A stretch of 63,057 bases of DNA, filler included, from Mytilus trossulus (Eukaryota), in assembly GCF_036588685.1 (NCBI RefSeq). It is 2 parts of one record of this genome, joined end to end, with 100 filler letters (N's around TTAATTAATTAA, not from the genome) between each part and the next. Parts side by side here need not be neighbours in the genome. Positions count along the whole stretch, not along the records: positions 1 to 31,693 come from NC_086383.1; positions 31,794 to 63,057 come from NC_086383.1. The stretch is one strand, 5' to 3'. This document shows, piece by piece, positions 24,971 through 38,390 of the stretch (position 1 is its first letter; each line of letters opens with the position of its first letter). The notes under the pieces were generated by a model. It worked only from the letters and a program-made list of their open reading frames with translations, was not told the DNA's origin and searched no databases. The position numbers and the translations under genes were made by a program.

Positions 24971-27229
24971 GCAATAACTTGTTTCCCAATCCACCATAAA
25001 TAAAAAAAAATCGAAGACCAAATGATAAAATTAAAGAAAAACAACCAACAAATACAACATGAAAAACTAACGACGGAGCAACACTAACTCCACCTCAAAG
25101 CAGGTGTTGTCAGACTCATCAAGATTAAGGCAATCGTCATGGAACGTGTCTGGCTATGAACCAAATTAAAAAAATCAAATATTACCTGCATTATTTCAGA
25201 TTTTGCTCATATGAAATGAGATGCTCGTGTATTAATACTCTATAAACTAGTTAATTTTCAAAATTGCATCGGTACGTTTCTCGTTATTAACCCTGACTGA
25301 CATATTTTTAATCTTCTCGTTATTAACAATAATATACGTGATGTAATCAAGTTTAAATCAAACAAATACATATATCGCGTGACTGTACGACATAGATAAA
25401 CAGTTAAAACAACATAGTATTAAAATTGAAATCACATCATATAATTGATAACCAGTAGTCAGGTTCAATTAATATTGTGCTAAACGAAAGGTAAATTTTT
25501 ATTTTTTTTGTTACATATTTTTTTTTTTCTCAAGGTTTTTTTCTCAGTTCAACCACTTTAAGTGAATTTTTAGGTACATGTACGCAACATTTTATTAGAC
25601 ATGTTATGAAAAGGTATATTCTCGAAGTTGAGGTTGACTAATTAAACTTTAAATGTGGGGACGGTGTCAAAACATTGATTATAGATTTAAACACGTAAAT
25701 TTTAAATCATGTGCTACTTGGTTAATTTAAAGCATTTTATAGAACATAAAAGCGTACATCGAATATGACAATTGCTTTTTTTTATCAATGCTGGCGATAA
25801 TTAGACGCGAAATGTTTACGCGTTCAGGATTGAGTGAGGGTTAAGAGGGGCGATCGAAATGGAATAATTTTAACCGCTAAGGTGACAAAATTCTGGGAGA
25901 AATCTAACACTAAACCAGGTTAAAAAAAAAAAATGTTTTGAATATGTTTTGTTTTTTTGTAATCTCTCACTTTCCTGCCTTCTAAATTTCAATCTATTTG
26001 CTCCAACCGTTTTAATTAGCTTATTCTGACTTTTTTTACATAAGCTGTCATACTGCCTTTTTTCTTGGCTAAGATGATCGGTCTGCCTTTTTTCAAATTT
26101 CATCATAGCACCCATCCCCCCTCTAACACTTACACACCCCTCTCGTAAAAAAAACACCGGTACCTCCATAAATTATCAATAGGTACACATGGTTTGAGAC
26201 AAATCCTTAACATTGGTATTTCAAATAGAGAAAAGACCGGTATCATTTGTTCTAAAACTAAAATGCAAAAATGTGTATTTCTGACTCGTGTAAAAATCGT
26301 GTTATGAAATAGAACACGTTAGATAAAACATTAGGGTGCAAAAAACTTGATTCAAATACATATGGTCACGTCTTTTTTTGCTTTTCATAAGAAAGTATAT
26401 AAAAATGACCCTTACATATATATCCCGAGTAGGTATAAAAAAAGATTATAAAACTTAAGATTATTTGCAAGGTCTATTAAGGGCTTGTATGTCAATAGAG
26501 ATGACACATTTATCAAACATACATAAAAATTAGGTAGCCCGTGTCTCCGCTGCTCTGCACATCTTTAACAATTACCTGGCCACCTTTTCTTCCATCTTTT
26601 TTTGCAGTAAAATTTTTAAACTTTGAAATATTAAAGAATTTATGATTATCTATTTCATATATTTTTTTGGTTCAAATGCTATTGAATATTCGTTCCATAC
26701 GGAATATTTGTAATGAATTGTCTCCAAAGAATCAATATACAATGTATGAAAAGACCAATCTCTTTTGTGTTTTTGTGTTTTGACATAGTCCCCACATTTA
26801 AAGTGTAAATTGTCAAACTCAGTGTTGTGAATATACCTTTTCGTAAAATGTCTATTTAGAACATGTAAAGTATAGAATTGAAAATGTTTATTTTTTATTT
26901 GTTTTATTTGCATATTGATTGGTTTTGTCGCTTGTTTTAATCTATTAATTATAATCATTCAACAAACAAAACTTTCTAAATATTTTGTTCCGTTTATTTG
27001 GCAGCTGTTTTTATTCCTTTTTTTTTCATTTTTGTACAATATTGTTTTAATACAACAAGGATGCCACTCAAAATTGCTAAAACAATTTTGTCGGATATTG
27101 TTTTAGTTCATTTTAAGCTTGCATACATGTAATGGAGGAAGAAGATTTAAATGAGGATGTGATGATCTATTTATTTGCTTTAAACATGATTAAAATAATT
27201 TATCGTTCACTCACTTTTATTTGACTGAG

Positions 27230-27330
27230 GGTTATTCTGTTTGTCTTTTTCATTTTTAGTCATGGCGTTGTCAGTTTGTTTTAGATTTACGAGTTTGACT
27301 GTCCCTTAGGTATCTTTCGTCCCTCTTTTA
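27230..27330 (+). repeat. Extreme 3' end of Naiad-type element
   Basis: ctgtttgtctttttcatttttagtcatggcgttgtcagt…ctttcgtccctctttt. Confidence 0.7.
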
Positions 27331-27607
27331 TTCACAATGCATCCATCATCCCTCCTTTAGAACTGTTGCATTTCAGTTTTCTAATAGATTTATACTATTT
27401 GATCATTGGTAAGCATTGTGTCTTTTTTGCTCTTATCACATATCTGATTAAGGCATTCGCAAATTTAAAATTTCATTGAATTATGGTTTGTAGTTTACTT
27501 TTAACTTTGACAAATATTATAGCCTTTTTAATTGAGAGTACGAATGATTATTTTCAGATTTAATTTATTAACTGTCAACCTGACATTGTTATAGCTGTTC
27601 CTATTTC

Positions 27608-28256
27608 ATAGTTATCCCACGATGACGCGGTGTGTCAGTGTAAGAACCCCCCGATGGCCGGAGGCCAGATGGTGATCTAACACTGACACACCAAGTCCGA
27701 GTGGGATAACTATTTTACATCCCAGCTGTTTAAGATTAGACGCCCCACTGGCCAATCGGTTCACACTGTAACGCCACTTAAAACAAATCGTCCTACTCTT
27801 GTTTACCGACTCGCCCTACTTTTGAAATAGTGTAAAATCAAATTGAACATCAGTCTGAAAACTCACTTATTAATGAAAAGGGTTTAAACCCTACCGAATA
27901 AAGCTTTGCCAACTCGCCACACTTGAAAAATATATTGCTTTCTTTAAGTATGTTAAATTACTGACAGTTCGTATCCAGTCGGCGTGGTGTAGTGGTATGT
28001 GTCATGGCTTAATATGCCAAAGGTCTCGAGTTCGAATCCCAGCATATACACTAAATTTTTTCTACGTGAATTTTCATCAATAGTCGTTTCCGTATATTGT
28101 ATACTTAATCATAAGTTTTATAGTGGATTTTACATTCCCGCCAAAATGTTACAGAACAAATAATGCATAACAAAGAAACTCAAACTGGGGTGATCTAGTA
28201 GGGGTGATCCGGCTCAGATCCCCCCTGTTAGAACAAAGAAGCTGGGATGTAATTTA
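27608..28256. mobile_element. Non-autonomous element with ~105-bp terminal palindrome, internal inverted repeats and a tRNA-like module (Crypton-like?)
   Basis: atagttatcccac…ggtgtgtcagtgt…tggcc gga ggcca…acactgacacacc…gtgggataactat, then ttacatcccagct … agctgggatgtaa (~27716 / ~28240). A and B boxes at 27985-28040. Confidence 0.6.
27978..28046 (+). pseudogene. tRNA-like (Pol III A/B box) sequence, not a canonical tRNA
   Basis: A box tggtgtagtgg and B box gttcgaatcc. Acceptor stem pairs poorly. Confidence 0.5.
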
Positions 28257-28739
28257 CACTTATCCATTAATCACTGTGTTTACTTAAAAGATATAAATTT
28301 TTACCTCTCAAATTACTGATTTATCAAGTATGTCTTGTGAAGAATGTTTTATCAATATTGTCAACATTGCGTCACTATTATTGTTGCATTGATTCGTATC
28401 TATCCTGTATGTTTACACAGTATGCGTTGCGATGATGACAATAGCGAATCAACATCATGTTAATTTATTATATCAAATCTTTACATTCGTGTTTACATCG
28501 TTCACATCGCGATATTGAAAATACAGTTTCAATATTGTGTTTATATTGTTAACCGATTCTTAACTTTATTTTTTACATCGTTCAAAATAAAATCGGTTTT
28601 GCCAATAGTAAGTCATCAAAGAGTTTATTGGGGATACGTGTATTAAAGAATTTCCTACCGACTTTTCTGGTGTTTTTTTAATGCTCAATTCATTCATCAT
28701 ATTCAGAATTATTTATAATTAAAAGCAGTGTAGCCGGTC

Positions 28740-30010
28740 TATAGAGTATAAGGGAAAATAAAAACTTAAAATAACTAGAAATAAAATTAGACAATATGAG
28801 CAATACCCTGAAAATCTGCCAATTAGCTGATGATTCTACTCTATTTCTTCAATCAAAAAAAGATGTATCTCTAGCAATTAATTTAATAGAAACATGTTGG
28901 TACTCTCTCAAGATAAAAATTGAATAAAACAATAACTGAAGGAATATGGCTTGGTCGATTAAAACACAGTCGGGAAAAATTTGAAAATATCAATTGGTGT
29001 ACTGCACCAATCAAAAGCCTCGGAATTTACTTTGGTTACAATAAACAAGAATGTCAAAAACTTAACTTTAAAAAACAATTGTTAAAAACTAAAAAAAAAA
29101 TATTTGATTGAGTAAAAGAAATCTTATTATCATAGGAAAAATAGTTGTCATCAAATCTTAAGTTTTGTCAAACCTAACAGATGTTACATCAAACACTATT
29201 ATTCCTAAGGAAATGTTGCAAGACTTTAAAACTTTAATATACAATTTTATTACCGGACTTCTATATTAACTAATTAAAGATTGGATAAGTGTAAAGGGAG
29301 GTAATACAAAATATCCTAAAACATTTCTTGAAATTAAAAAACAAGTTTTGTGGGGAAATGATAATATCCGGTTTAATGGAAAATGTTTAAACTTTGAAGA
29401 TTAGATTAGAAGTGACATTATCAATATAAATGATGCAATTGATGAACAGGGCAATATCTCTGAAACTATCATTTTAACTAAACTAAAATATAAACAAAAT
29501 TGGATAAGTCAAATATATAATATGTTAAACAAGCAATACCAACCGATTTGAAAACAATTCTTTGCACTGAAGATTCATTCAAAACTAAAGTTTAAGTTAT
29601 AAACGAAACGACTGAAAAATTATGCATAGGACAATTACTCTCTTGATGAGTACAAAAGAACTCTATAAAATATTCACACTGAAAGATAGCTTTGATAAAC
29701 CAAATGGTTTTCTTATGTGGGAAAAAAAAATTGAGAAATACATGAATTTTAAATTGAAAAATACTTTCGTTTTTATTTTTCAATATTGCACTGATAATAG
29801 ATTGAAAATATTTAGATGGAAACTTATTCACTACATACTGCCAAGTAATGAACTTTTAAAAAAGTGGGAAATTGCTGAAGACAACTTATGTGAGCATTGT
29901 AAAAAAAAGAAAGACTATGAACATTTTATTGTCAATTGCTGTTATAATAATGACTTTCTAAAAATAGTAATGAAATTAATGAAATCCCTAGGTATTGAAA
30001 CATATAAACA
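28740..30010 (+). mobile_element. Degenerate Tx1/L1-clade LINE, RT C-terminal half and zinc knuckle
   Basis: KICQLADDSTLFL, NKTITEGIWLG, IKSLGIYFG, KRNLIIIGKIVVIKS, FRWKLIHYILP…CEHCKKKKDYEHFIVNC. Confidence 0.85.
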
Positions 30011-31380
30011 TTTATAAAATTTTCCAGAATGAAATTTCAGAAATTAATGACATAAACAACTTTAAAAACAAAAAAACTAATCAGATAATTATAAAAACAA
30101 ATAGATTCATTGCAAAGATTCAATTGAATCAGAACTAATTTTTGTACGAAGCACAACAAATTGTGTACAAAATTGTTTATTGTACACAAGCCAAATATGG
30201 TAATATTTATGATCAAGTTCAACCATGCATGTTCAATGTTTGTAAGCATGTTCAGCCATGCATGAGTCACCGCATGTTATTTATACGGCATTTTTTAAAT
30301 TTTAAAATGTGTATTTACAAATGATAAAAAGAATTGTTATGGGATAAATGTATCCGTACGTTTATTAATCAATGTGGGTAAACATTGTATCATTTCGGAT
30401 AAGTGTTCCAACTTGTTAAAACTTTAATTCTTTGTGCTTTACACATATACATTTCGACGAAAAAAGATCAGTAGACAACTAAACAAAACTTGAATAGTAA
30501 ACTCACTATATAAAATCGTTAAATCCAGTGGATAATATTTATATGATTAGACGACACACATCAAAAAACTATTTCCGATAGCGCACATGCGAAAAACAAC
30601 ATTGTGCCAACTATAAATGGATAAAAGAATCATACCGAAAGTGGAGTTGATTCTGGAAAAAAAGGAAATACTATGAAAAAGAGAAAAAGGAACAAAATGT
30701 AATGTATGTGTATACTCACAATAATTTATCAAATATATTTTGTGAAATGTTTTATGTTATGAATACTAATATTATGAATAAATAATATTTTGCCAAATAG
30801 TGCTCCCCTTAACTATTAGGTAAGCTAACATAAGGAATACTAAGTTAGAGATGTAAACTTAGTAAATTGTTACAGCAAATATGCAATAAAGATATTGTTA
30901 CGTTGGAGAAAAAAAAAGAAGATGTCATTGACAAGTATTCTTATAAGTGTAAAAAATGTTTAAGATTGTTTTATAAAATTTAAGCCAACTGAACAATTTA
31001 ACATAGGTAAACCTGAAAAAAAAATGAAAACTATTTATTCATTTAATTGTCTGTGGGGATTTAATTGACACATCCATATGTTTATATAAATGGTTGTACT
31101 GAACTGTTATCTAAATGATACCAGCTGCACGTGCTATTATAGGTTGTGATGCTACATCGTCTTCATTTAGCATAGGCAAATAATCCATGAAAAAGGCACT
31201 AAAAGAAACGCCTGATCATTTCAATGACTTGTCCCAGATATCTTTATTAGATAAAGGTAGCTGTCAGTCGAAAACTCGTAACTAGGCTTTGTGATCCGAA
31301 TTGAAAGTCCAAACGCTGCCATAATAATTTGCACAGTTCCCTAGTTAAATTAACCATATGTAAATATTATAGCTTGGTCT

Positions 31381-31485
31381 GACACCCACTTTGTGAAGCA
31401 TCTTTTAAACAGCACGTCCTTAGGACTTTTTTTGACACCCTCTTTGTGAAGCATCTTTTAAACAGCACGTCCTTTGGACTTTTTT
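31381..31485. repeat. 53-bp direct tandem repeat, 2 copies
   Basis: gacacc(c)…ctttgtgaagcatcttttaaacagcacgtcctt(a/t)ggacttttt at 31381 and 31434. Confidence 0.9.
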
Positions 31486-31693
31486 TCAAAACCAAAGACT
31501 GAATGACTACATATATCGACAAGTCTGCTATTGAATCGCCTCTACAGTTTGGTTTGAAAGAAGGAAAGTTTGGTCTTGGAACCTGTCTTAGTTGAAGGCC
31601 ACTTGTATTCTGATTTCCTTTTATATTTTGGTGTGCAAGTGCAAAGGTAAATCAGTGTTCAGTAAAAGTTGGATGTTTGTGTTTTGAACATAA

Positions 31694-31793
31694 NNNNNNN
31701 NNNNNNNNNNNNNNNNNNNNNNNNNNNNNNNNNNNNNTTAATTAATTAANNNNNNNNNNNNNNNNNNNNNNNNNNNNNNNNNNNNNNNNNNNN
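31694..31793. other. Assembly gap with artificial spacer (44 N + TTAATTAATTAA + 44 N)
   Basis: Symmetric 100-bp block. The 12-mer has stop codons in all six frames. Confidence 0.95.
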
Positions 31794-31822
31794 AAAAACT
31801 TCAAAGTAACATTATCTTACAA

Positions 31823-32408
31823 AGGAGTAGGTCCGGTAAGACCCCTTTTTGGCCCAAAAATATGGCTGGCACTTTTACAAAATTGTTAAAATGTAAACTT
31901 TTAGTTATTTATTGGACAGTTGAATGCTTCTGCTACATAAATATGGGGTGTTTTTGACAATACAATGTACATATATCGGGTTGTTGCACCATAAAGTCAT
32001 GCTAAATTACTGAAATCTTCAAAATTCTATCATTTTAGTTAAAATTTAGACGGTTTCCGTGAAAAACGAAATTGGCCGCATTCGTGTTCATTCTTCATAT
32101 TGAAATGTTTTTTTTTATTTTATAATAATACATAACATATATAAAGGTTGTGGATGAACACGGATGCGGCCACTTTCATTTTTGACAAAAAAACATCTGA
32201 AAAGTGACGTTTTTTGGCATAATTGAGAGATTTTTCAAATTTGAGCTTGAATCGGATCGTTTTTAATGACTAAATTAGTTAAAATCTTTCACAAAAACTA
32301 ATTGAATTAAGTGAAATAGATACTTAAGTGTTTAAAAAGTGGTCAAAATCTTTCGTCAGATGAAACTGAAATTTGAGGCCAAAATGAGTTCTTACCGGAC
32401 CTACTCCT
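31823..32408. mobile_element. Non-autonomous TIR element (Kolobok-like MITE), copy 2
   Basis: TIR aggagtaggtccggtaaga / tcttaccggacctactcct followed by ttaa. Internally similar to 17681-18243. Confidence 0.8.
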
Positions 32409-32439
32409 TTAAGCTCATTCACGGTTAAATGCTATCGAA

Positions 32440-32835
32440 AATAAAACTACAACCCCATGGCTAAAAATGAAAAAGACAAAAAAACAAGCAATAGTACATA
32501 TGAAACACAATATAAATCTAAAGAATAAGAAAACACGAACCCAACCAAACACTGGGGTGATCTCAGGTACTCCGGAAGGGTAAGCAGATCCTCCTCCACA
32601 GGTGACACCTGTCGTGTTTACAAATCCTGTAAATAGTCTTAAGCTTATTCGGTAGGTCACATTCATGAAAGGGAAGGATATTGCAGTTACAACGTAAGGA
32701 ACATATCTGATATCATCTGTGAAACGTTTATTCCATGACGGTCAACCCAACTCGTCATGGCGTCCGTAAAAAAGTACGAAGGGATGATTTCAACTTCACC
32801 ATTTGGAACTCTTGTTTTAAAAGCTTCCTTGTGGG
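32440..32835 (-). mobile_element. Naiad-type 3' fragment
   Basis: Diverged copy of 3390-3775. Confidence 0.8.
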
Positions 32836-33439
32836 CATAATCTATTTTTGTTTGCATTTCTGCGTATAATCATTTCATTTGGAAAAGAAAATCGCCATCT
32901 TCTTTGAATTCATCAACTGTGACACGGATCAAAATGTAACAATTGAGAAGATGCTACATGCTGTTACATCCTTCATCCAATTACTATACTTATATAAAAA
33001 AAACTAAGACCAGAAAACATTCGGCTATTGATTTGAGTTACCGACAAATCGTACCAGTTTATGAATTCGTAAAGGTTACCTTAAAATATTGTTATGTCAA
33101 TCAGGATGTCGGCTGTGGCCTTTATTTTAAGCTAAGATAAAAGTACCCATATAAATGTGGTGGGGACTAAGTGATACAACATACACGATGTAAAATAAAA
33201 ACTTAGTAACTTGCTTTTTAATTTATTTGTGATTATAATCTGTATAAATTCTTGGTCATATTTTGAAATATAAAATCAGCGATAAAGTAGAACAATAATC
33301 TTTTAAGATTTTTTTTATATATTCAGAGAGGTTGCAGACAAACAGATCCTGTATCTCCTTACATGTATATGATGTGCTGAAGCTTTGTGAGTACTTCCAC
33401 AAAAGAAAGAAAATAATAAAGGTATTACTGTAAGACTTA

Positions 33440-33700
33440 TACCTGTTTGGCACAATATGCCGATGACACCTCACTTATTTCATATGGTCCTTGAGCATGA
33501 TTATGAGTATAGTGTTTAAGACTTATACTTATAAACTGTATGTTCTGGTTTAAAAATGAAAATAGAAAAATAAAAGGTAGTATGGATTGGGGAAAAGAAA
33601 AATAGCCAAGTGTGCCAAATGTGAAGTGGAATTATCGCTCGATATCCTAGTATAAATATTCGGTTGATTTACAAGAAATTGAAACCATAAATTGACAAGT
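33440..33700 (+). mobile_element. Tx1/L1-clade RT fragment
   Basis: AQYADDTSLI … SGLKMKIEK*KVVWIG. Confidence 0.65.
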
Positions 33701-35208
33701 TGGTGCTTTTAATTTTGCCCTTGATTTAGGGACTCTCCGTTTAAAAGTTTCTCTGAGTTCGGTATTTAAGTGATTTATTTTTTTATGAATGCAAACGTTT
33801 ACCAATGTATTTATAATTCATTTTCGTTTATTTGGATACACATGAAATATTTTAAAAAGAAACAATTTCGCAAATATATGGATTCGAGGGACTAAACATA
33901 TTAAATTTATTTTTGTAAGTAACCACCGTGTGTCATCGTACAGCGGATATAGGTACTAACCAAGTGGGCGTGAGCGATTTTGATCTTACACGGTAACGAA
34001 CAATCTTTGTTTTGTTCACATAATATCAATGTGTACTTCAATCTAAACATAATTACTTTTTTTAGAAATGATTTAATCGCAGGTTGATGATAAGAGATGT
34101 CTCATTATTTTCCCATAACAAGAGGAAGTACTAAAAGCATGTGCAAATACTTGTGAAAGAAATTGGCCCTCGTCTCATACGATATAATTCTATATTCATT
34201 GCAACTCTTTTTCTGATAGAAGGTCAATGTGTGTGTGCAATAAGTATAGCTTTTTCAATAATTGGCATTGGAATCTTTCATACATATGTTATTTTTAGAT
34301 ATTTTATCCCTAAAGAAGCGTTGTGTACAGTGTTTAGCTGACCACATAAATCCTTATGTACGGTGCTTAGTTAAGTTGTTGTACACAAAAACTTTATTTT
34401 CATATTCGTTTATTACCCTAAAGGCCGTTTCAAGGAATGATTAATTACAGGTAGGTTTATGATTGATAACTATTACTTTTCACCTGTAATAGGTTTCTTT
34501 CAAGTAAAACATGTAAATGTCTCAAAATCTGTATCGAAATTGAAAGTTTGTGTTGACATTCATAACTATTTGCGCATTTACAAATTAATTGTTCTTATTA
34601 GAATATCAGTGTTATGAATAGAAATAAATCGATGCGAAATAAATTTGGGAGCAGGAACTTCAAATGTTGAGAAATTTACATTGAGTATTGATAAAGCAAA
34701 TCAAATATTTTCGTTACCGTGTAAGGTCAAATCGGTCATACCCGCTTGGTTAGTACCTGTATTTAGTGAACTGGTGATACACGGAGGAAACTACCTTATT
34801 CAGAAAACCAATAAATGGTGCTCTCTATCTAATTCCAAGAAAATATGTAAAACACCATGTTTACAAGTTGGACTGAACTAATAACTAATAAAAGTCGTTT
34901 AGAGCTTTTACAATTTTATCACAATGATAATTTGGAATAATAAACAATTAAGGTTTGTAATCAAATCCATTTGATACAAAAGGGACTGAACAATGAATAG
35001 GGTTACTTAATGATTTAATTTATAATTAATCGTGTTACACGAATTTAGTAAGTAAGAGAAGTAAATTGTATATTCATGATTATGTAAATAATGTCATTCG
35101 AGTTTATTATCGTCAACTCCACCTCACCGTATAGGTTGTATACAATGTAAACTTACTCTCATTCATTTTTCATACACATGATTTATTTTTATTTTCGATT
35201 CCAGTGAT

Positions 35209-35349
35209 ATGGCTACATTATATGTATGGTCAGCTTCTATCATAGAAGGAAGTTTAGGACACACATCATTATATCTTCATGACAGCCATGAATATATTAG
35301 CTGGTGGCCAACAAACACTAAGGAAAAGCTATCATTGACAAGAAAGAAG
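35209..35349 (+). CDS. First coding exon of permuted papain-fold protein, paralogue B (not in the ORF track)
   Basis: MATLYVWSASIIEGSLGHTSLYLHDSHEYISWWPTNTKEKLSLTRKK (47 codons). Preceded by acceptor ttccag at 35204 and ends at a phase-0 donor AAG|gtaagt. The GH motif supplies the putative catalytic His. Confidence 0.85.
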
Positions 35350-35714
35350 GTAAGTTTGAGGATTGTATAGTTCTCTTTGAATCATGAACGTCACCAAAGT
35401 TCAAGGATTCTGGTAACACCATATTGTGTATTCTTGCATCAAATAAAATGGAATAGTTTGATTAATAGGATGTGTAGACAAATTAATAATATCAAATTAT
35501 AAACTACATAATACATCGAATTTTTGTTTACTGATATAATATTATTTAAAAGCATGCATCATGTTTAAAAGATAATTGAGAAATACCTTAATCGCTTTAA
35601 TTTCTTTGTATATCTTTGTAATGTGTTTTACCTGCGTAAGTTTTTATATGTTCTCTATTCTGCATTTCGGTTATAAATGCTTCCGTATTTGCATATTAAG
35701 TTTGCTTTAGACCG

Positions 35715-35990
35715 TGTTAGGTCGAGCGTCACTGTTGAATGAAATGCACATCTGTCGTTCCAAATAATAAGCCTAATACAACCATCGGGTCATTGCTATT
35801 GTCGATGGAAGTTTCGTCTCCGATAGAATAACCAGCATAGCAGTCATTACTGTTTTGTTAATCGGAACATCATTAAATGTTTTGTCCTATAAATTAACTG
35901 TTTATACAAAACTGAAATAATCCCCTAGTGAAATCTTGTTTTAGCAGTATTTTGCCCAATTCCTGGATATTTTTTAGGTTATTCATGCTT
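35715..35990 (+). repeat. Decayed retrozyme-related repeat in the intron of paralogue B
   Basis: gagcgtcactgttga…gaaatgcacatctgtcgt is an eroded version of the 38347 hammerhead. Confidence 0.45.
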
Positions 35991-38346
35991 GTAAACTTGT
36001 ATTTTAGATTTTTTGTTATCCCTTGTTTTATAAAAGAAGCTAAGCAGTTTGCAATATCAATGCTATGTTATGATAAACATTATAAATTTATTGTAAGCAT
36101 ATTATTTCACCATTTCCACATTTATGAATTTCGGAACTGTATTGTCATTTGTTGATTTTGTGCCAAAACAAGATGTATTTGCTGCCATATGACATCTTTA
36201 GTGTGGGTTAGGTTGTCCTTCGAATGAACGTTCTGTGTTGGTGATTTTATCCTGACTGGTGTCGGTGGGTTCTGAGTCTTGCGTGTGGGTTTGTTTACAG
36301 TGTATAAGAAAGCCAATAGAATTACCGTTATCTTGCTATTTTTTTTAGTCATAAGTACCATGCGAAGGATATTAGAACCGTTTTTTTCGGCCGAAGTCAT
36401 GCAAATTCGCTCGAATGAAAATGTCTTGACTACATGCTGGTGATCAGACAAATGGTGCTCCTATGTCCTGTGTATGTGCCTTGTATAGCGGACAAAAGAG
36501 GCAAATGTTTCATATGAGCAAAGTTGAGTCTATTTTTTTAATAAAAAAAGTAGCATGATTGCCACTGATACAGCTCTCCTCAAGAGACCAAATGACACTG
36601 AAAATAACATCATCGTACGGCCTTCAACAATGAGAAAATTCCCTACCGCAAGATCATCTATTAAAGGCTCTGAAATGACGATGTAAAACAATTCAAACAA
36701 GAAAACTAACGGCATCTAATTAATGTTAAAAAGAAAACTATTAACCTGTGAATGGAACCTTTCTTGCCCTTTTTGAGATAAACAAAAATAATAAGTATAT
36801 GATTTCGAGGATAACATTCCCTTTGCTTGATCATCAAAATACTGTGTCATATATCAAATACCTATACATGCTTTATGCTTGCTAATGGACACATTTCCAT
36901 CAAAAATCAAATGAAGAAGTGTTAACAAATATATGTCACCGTATAATTACCAAAATGTCAAATATTTAACTGAAATAAATCAGTTTATTGTCGTTATAAA
37001 TGGCGCTTCATCTTAAGCACATTTTAAAGTGTTTTGTGATGTTAGCATTGTATGTTGAGAATCATCAGGGGCATTTTATCTCTAAAATAAAAACTATTCT
37101 GATTAGATATATGTTCATCTAATTTTGGACGGAAGATGTTTCCCTTTTATTTAATATAAGTTGCGATTATTTGAAAACGCTTATTTAACAGACAAGTGGA
37201 TGCACAAAAGTAAAAATAGAAGTCACAAATCCGATTGAATACAATTATCTGCCCAGGTTTGTTGGTTCTGTTTCGTTTTTATTCAAAAATACTAACTTTT
37301 CACCAAAAATTACTGCATAGAATCATGACATGTCTAAACTAAGAAAATGCACGTTTTTAATATATTGCACAGGTTTTTCATACAAACATAATTTTGTTAT
37401 CTGGATTTAGGTATAGAAAGCAGTCTTCAGGAGCATTTTAGTTTTAATTTTTTCAAGTTTTCTAAATATGAACACTTTTGTGTTACGCTTACTGAAACAG
37501 TTCAGAGGGTCACATTTTTATTTGCTGGCCTATGAACCCATAAGAAACAAAATTAAAACATATCAATTGAGAAAACGTCAAAAATCATCAATTATATATT
37601 TTTGATGATCATTAGCACAAGTCAGGACCAAATCACCAGGACAAAACAATCATTCGGAGGAAAACCTTACCCACCATTAACATGCTTTCCATTATCTTGT
37701 CCATTTCCTATGAAGTATAATAATTCAGTGAGTGAACCTCCAACAGAATAACCTATACAAATTTATCTTATCCAGTATCTCTCTGTCAAGTCCATAGACA
37801 TTTTGAATTTGATCAGAATACGTACTGGCCATGTTAAGTTTTAAGGAATTTGATACCCCGCAAAACATTCAAAGAAAACCAAAAACGAGTCCATACTTCT
37901 GACAGGATCATACAGAATTTCTGTGCATCATGTTTGCGGGAGCTAACTCCATACCATTTACTTAAAAGCAATTTCAAAGTTCATCAAACTTATAACATGT
38001 ATACAAGTTGCATTTTCATGGATCATTGCTAGAAAAAAAGTTCTAGTTAAATCTATAATAAAACTTTGATATCAAAAAAGAGGGACCAAAGATACCAAAG
38101 TCAAACTCTTAAAATGAAAATAACTGACAACGCCATAGCTAAAATTGAAAAAAGCAGTCGTCAGTCGTCATTTTGATACGTTTTGAATATATTTTAATAT
38201 GAAAGTCAATTTCTCCTGTCAACTTCTAATAAGGTTTTTTTGCTTGTTACATTTAGAAATCAAATTCTGAAGCTCATCTGAAAAAACTGTACATGCTTAC
38301 ATAATATTCAATATAAGGCATTATCAGGATAACACATTTGATCTGA

Positions 38347-38390
38347 GCGTCACTGATGAGTCTTATGTAGACGAAACGCGCGTCTGGCGT
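38347..38390 (+). ncRNA. Type I hammerhead ribozyme (intact core)
   Basis: Stem I gcgtca/tggcgt. CUGAUGA at 38353-38359. Stem II gtct/agac with loop tatgt. GAAA at 38373-38376. Palindromic stem III ACGCGCGU. GUC cleavage predicted after 38384. Confidence 0.9.

Noticed and set aside
27978-28046. Functional tRNA gene
   Set aside because: A and B boxes are present but the acceptor stem is poorly paired, and it is embedded in a repeat.
31738-31749. TTAATTAATTAA palindrome as a biological site
   Set aside because: Centred in a symmetric N run, so it is an assembly linker.
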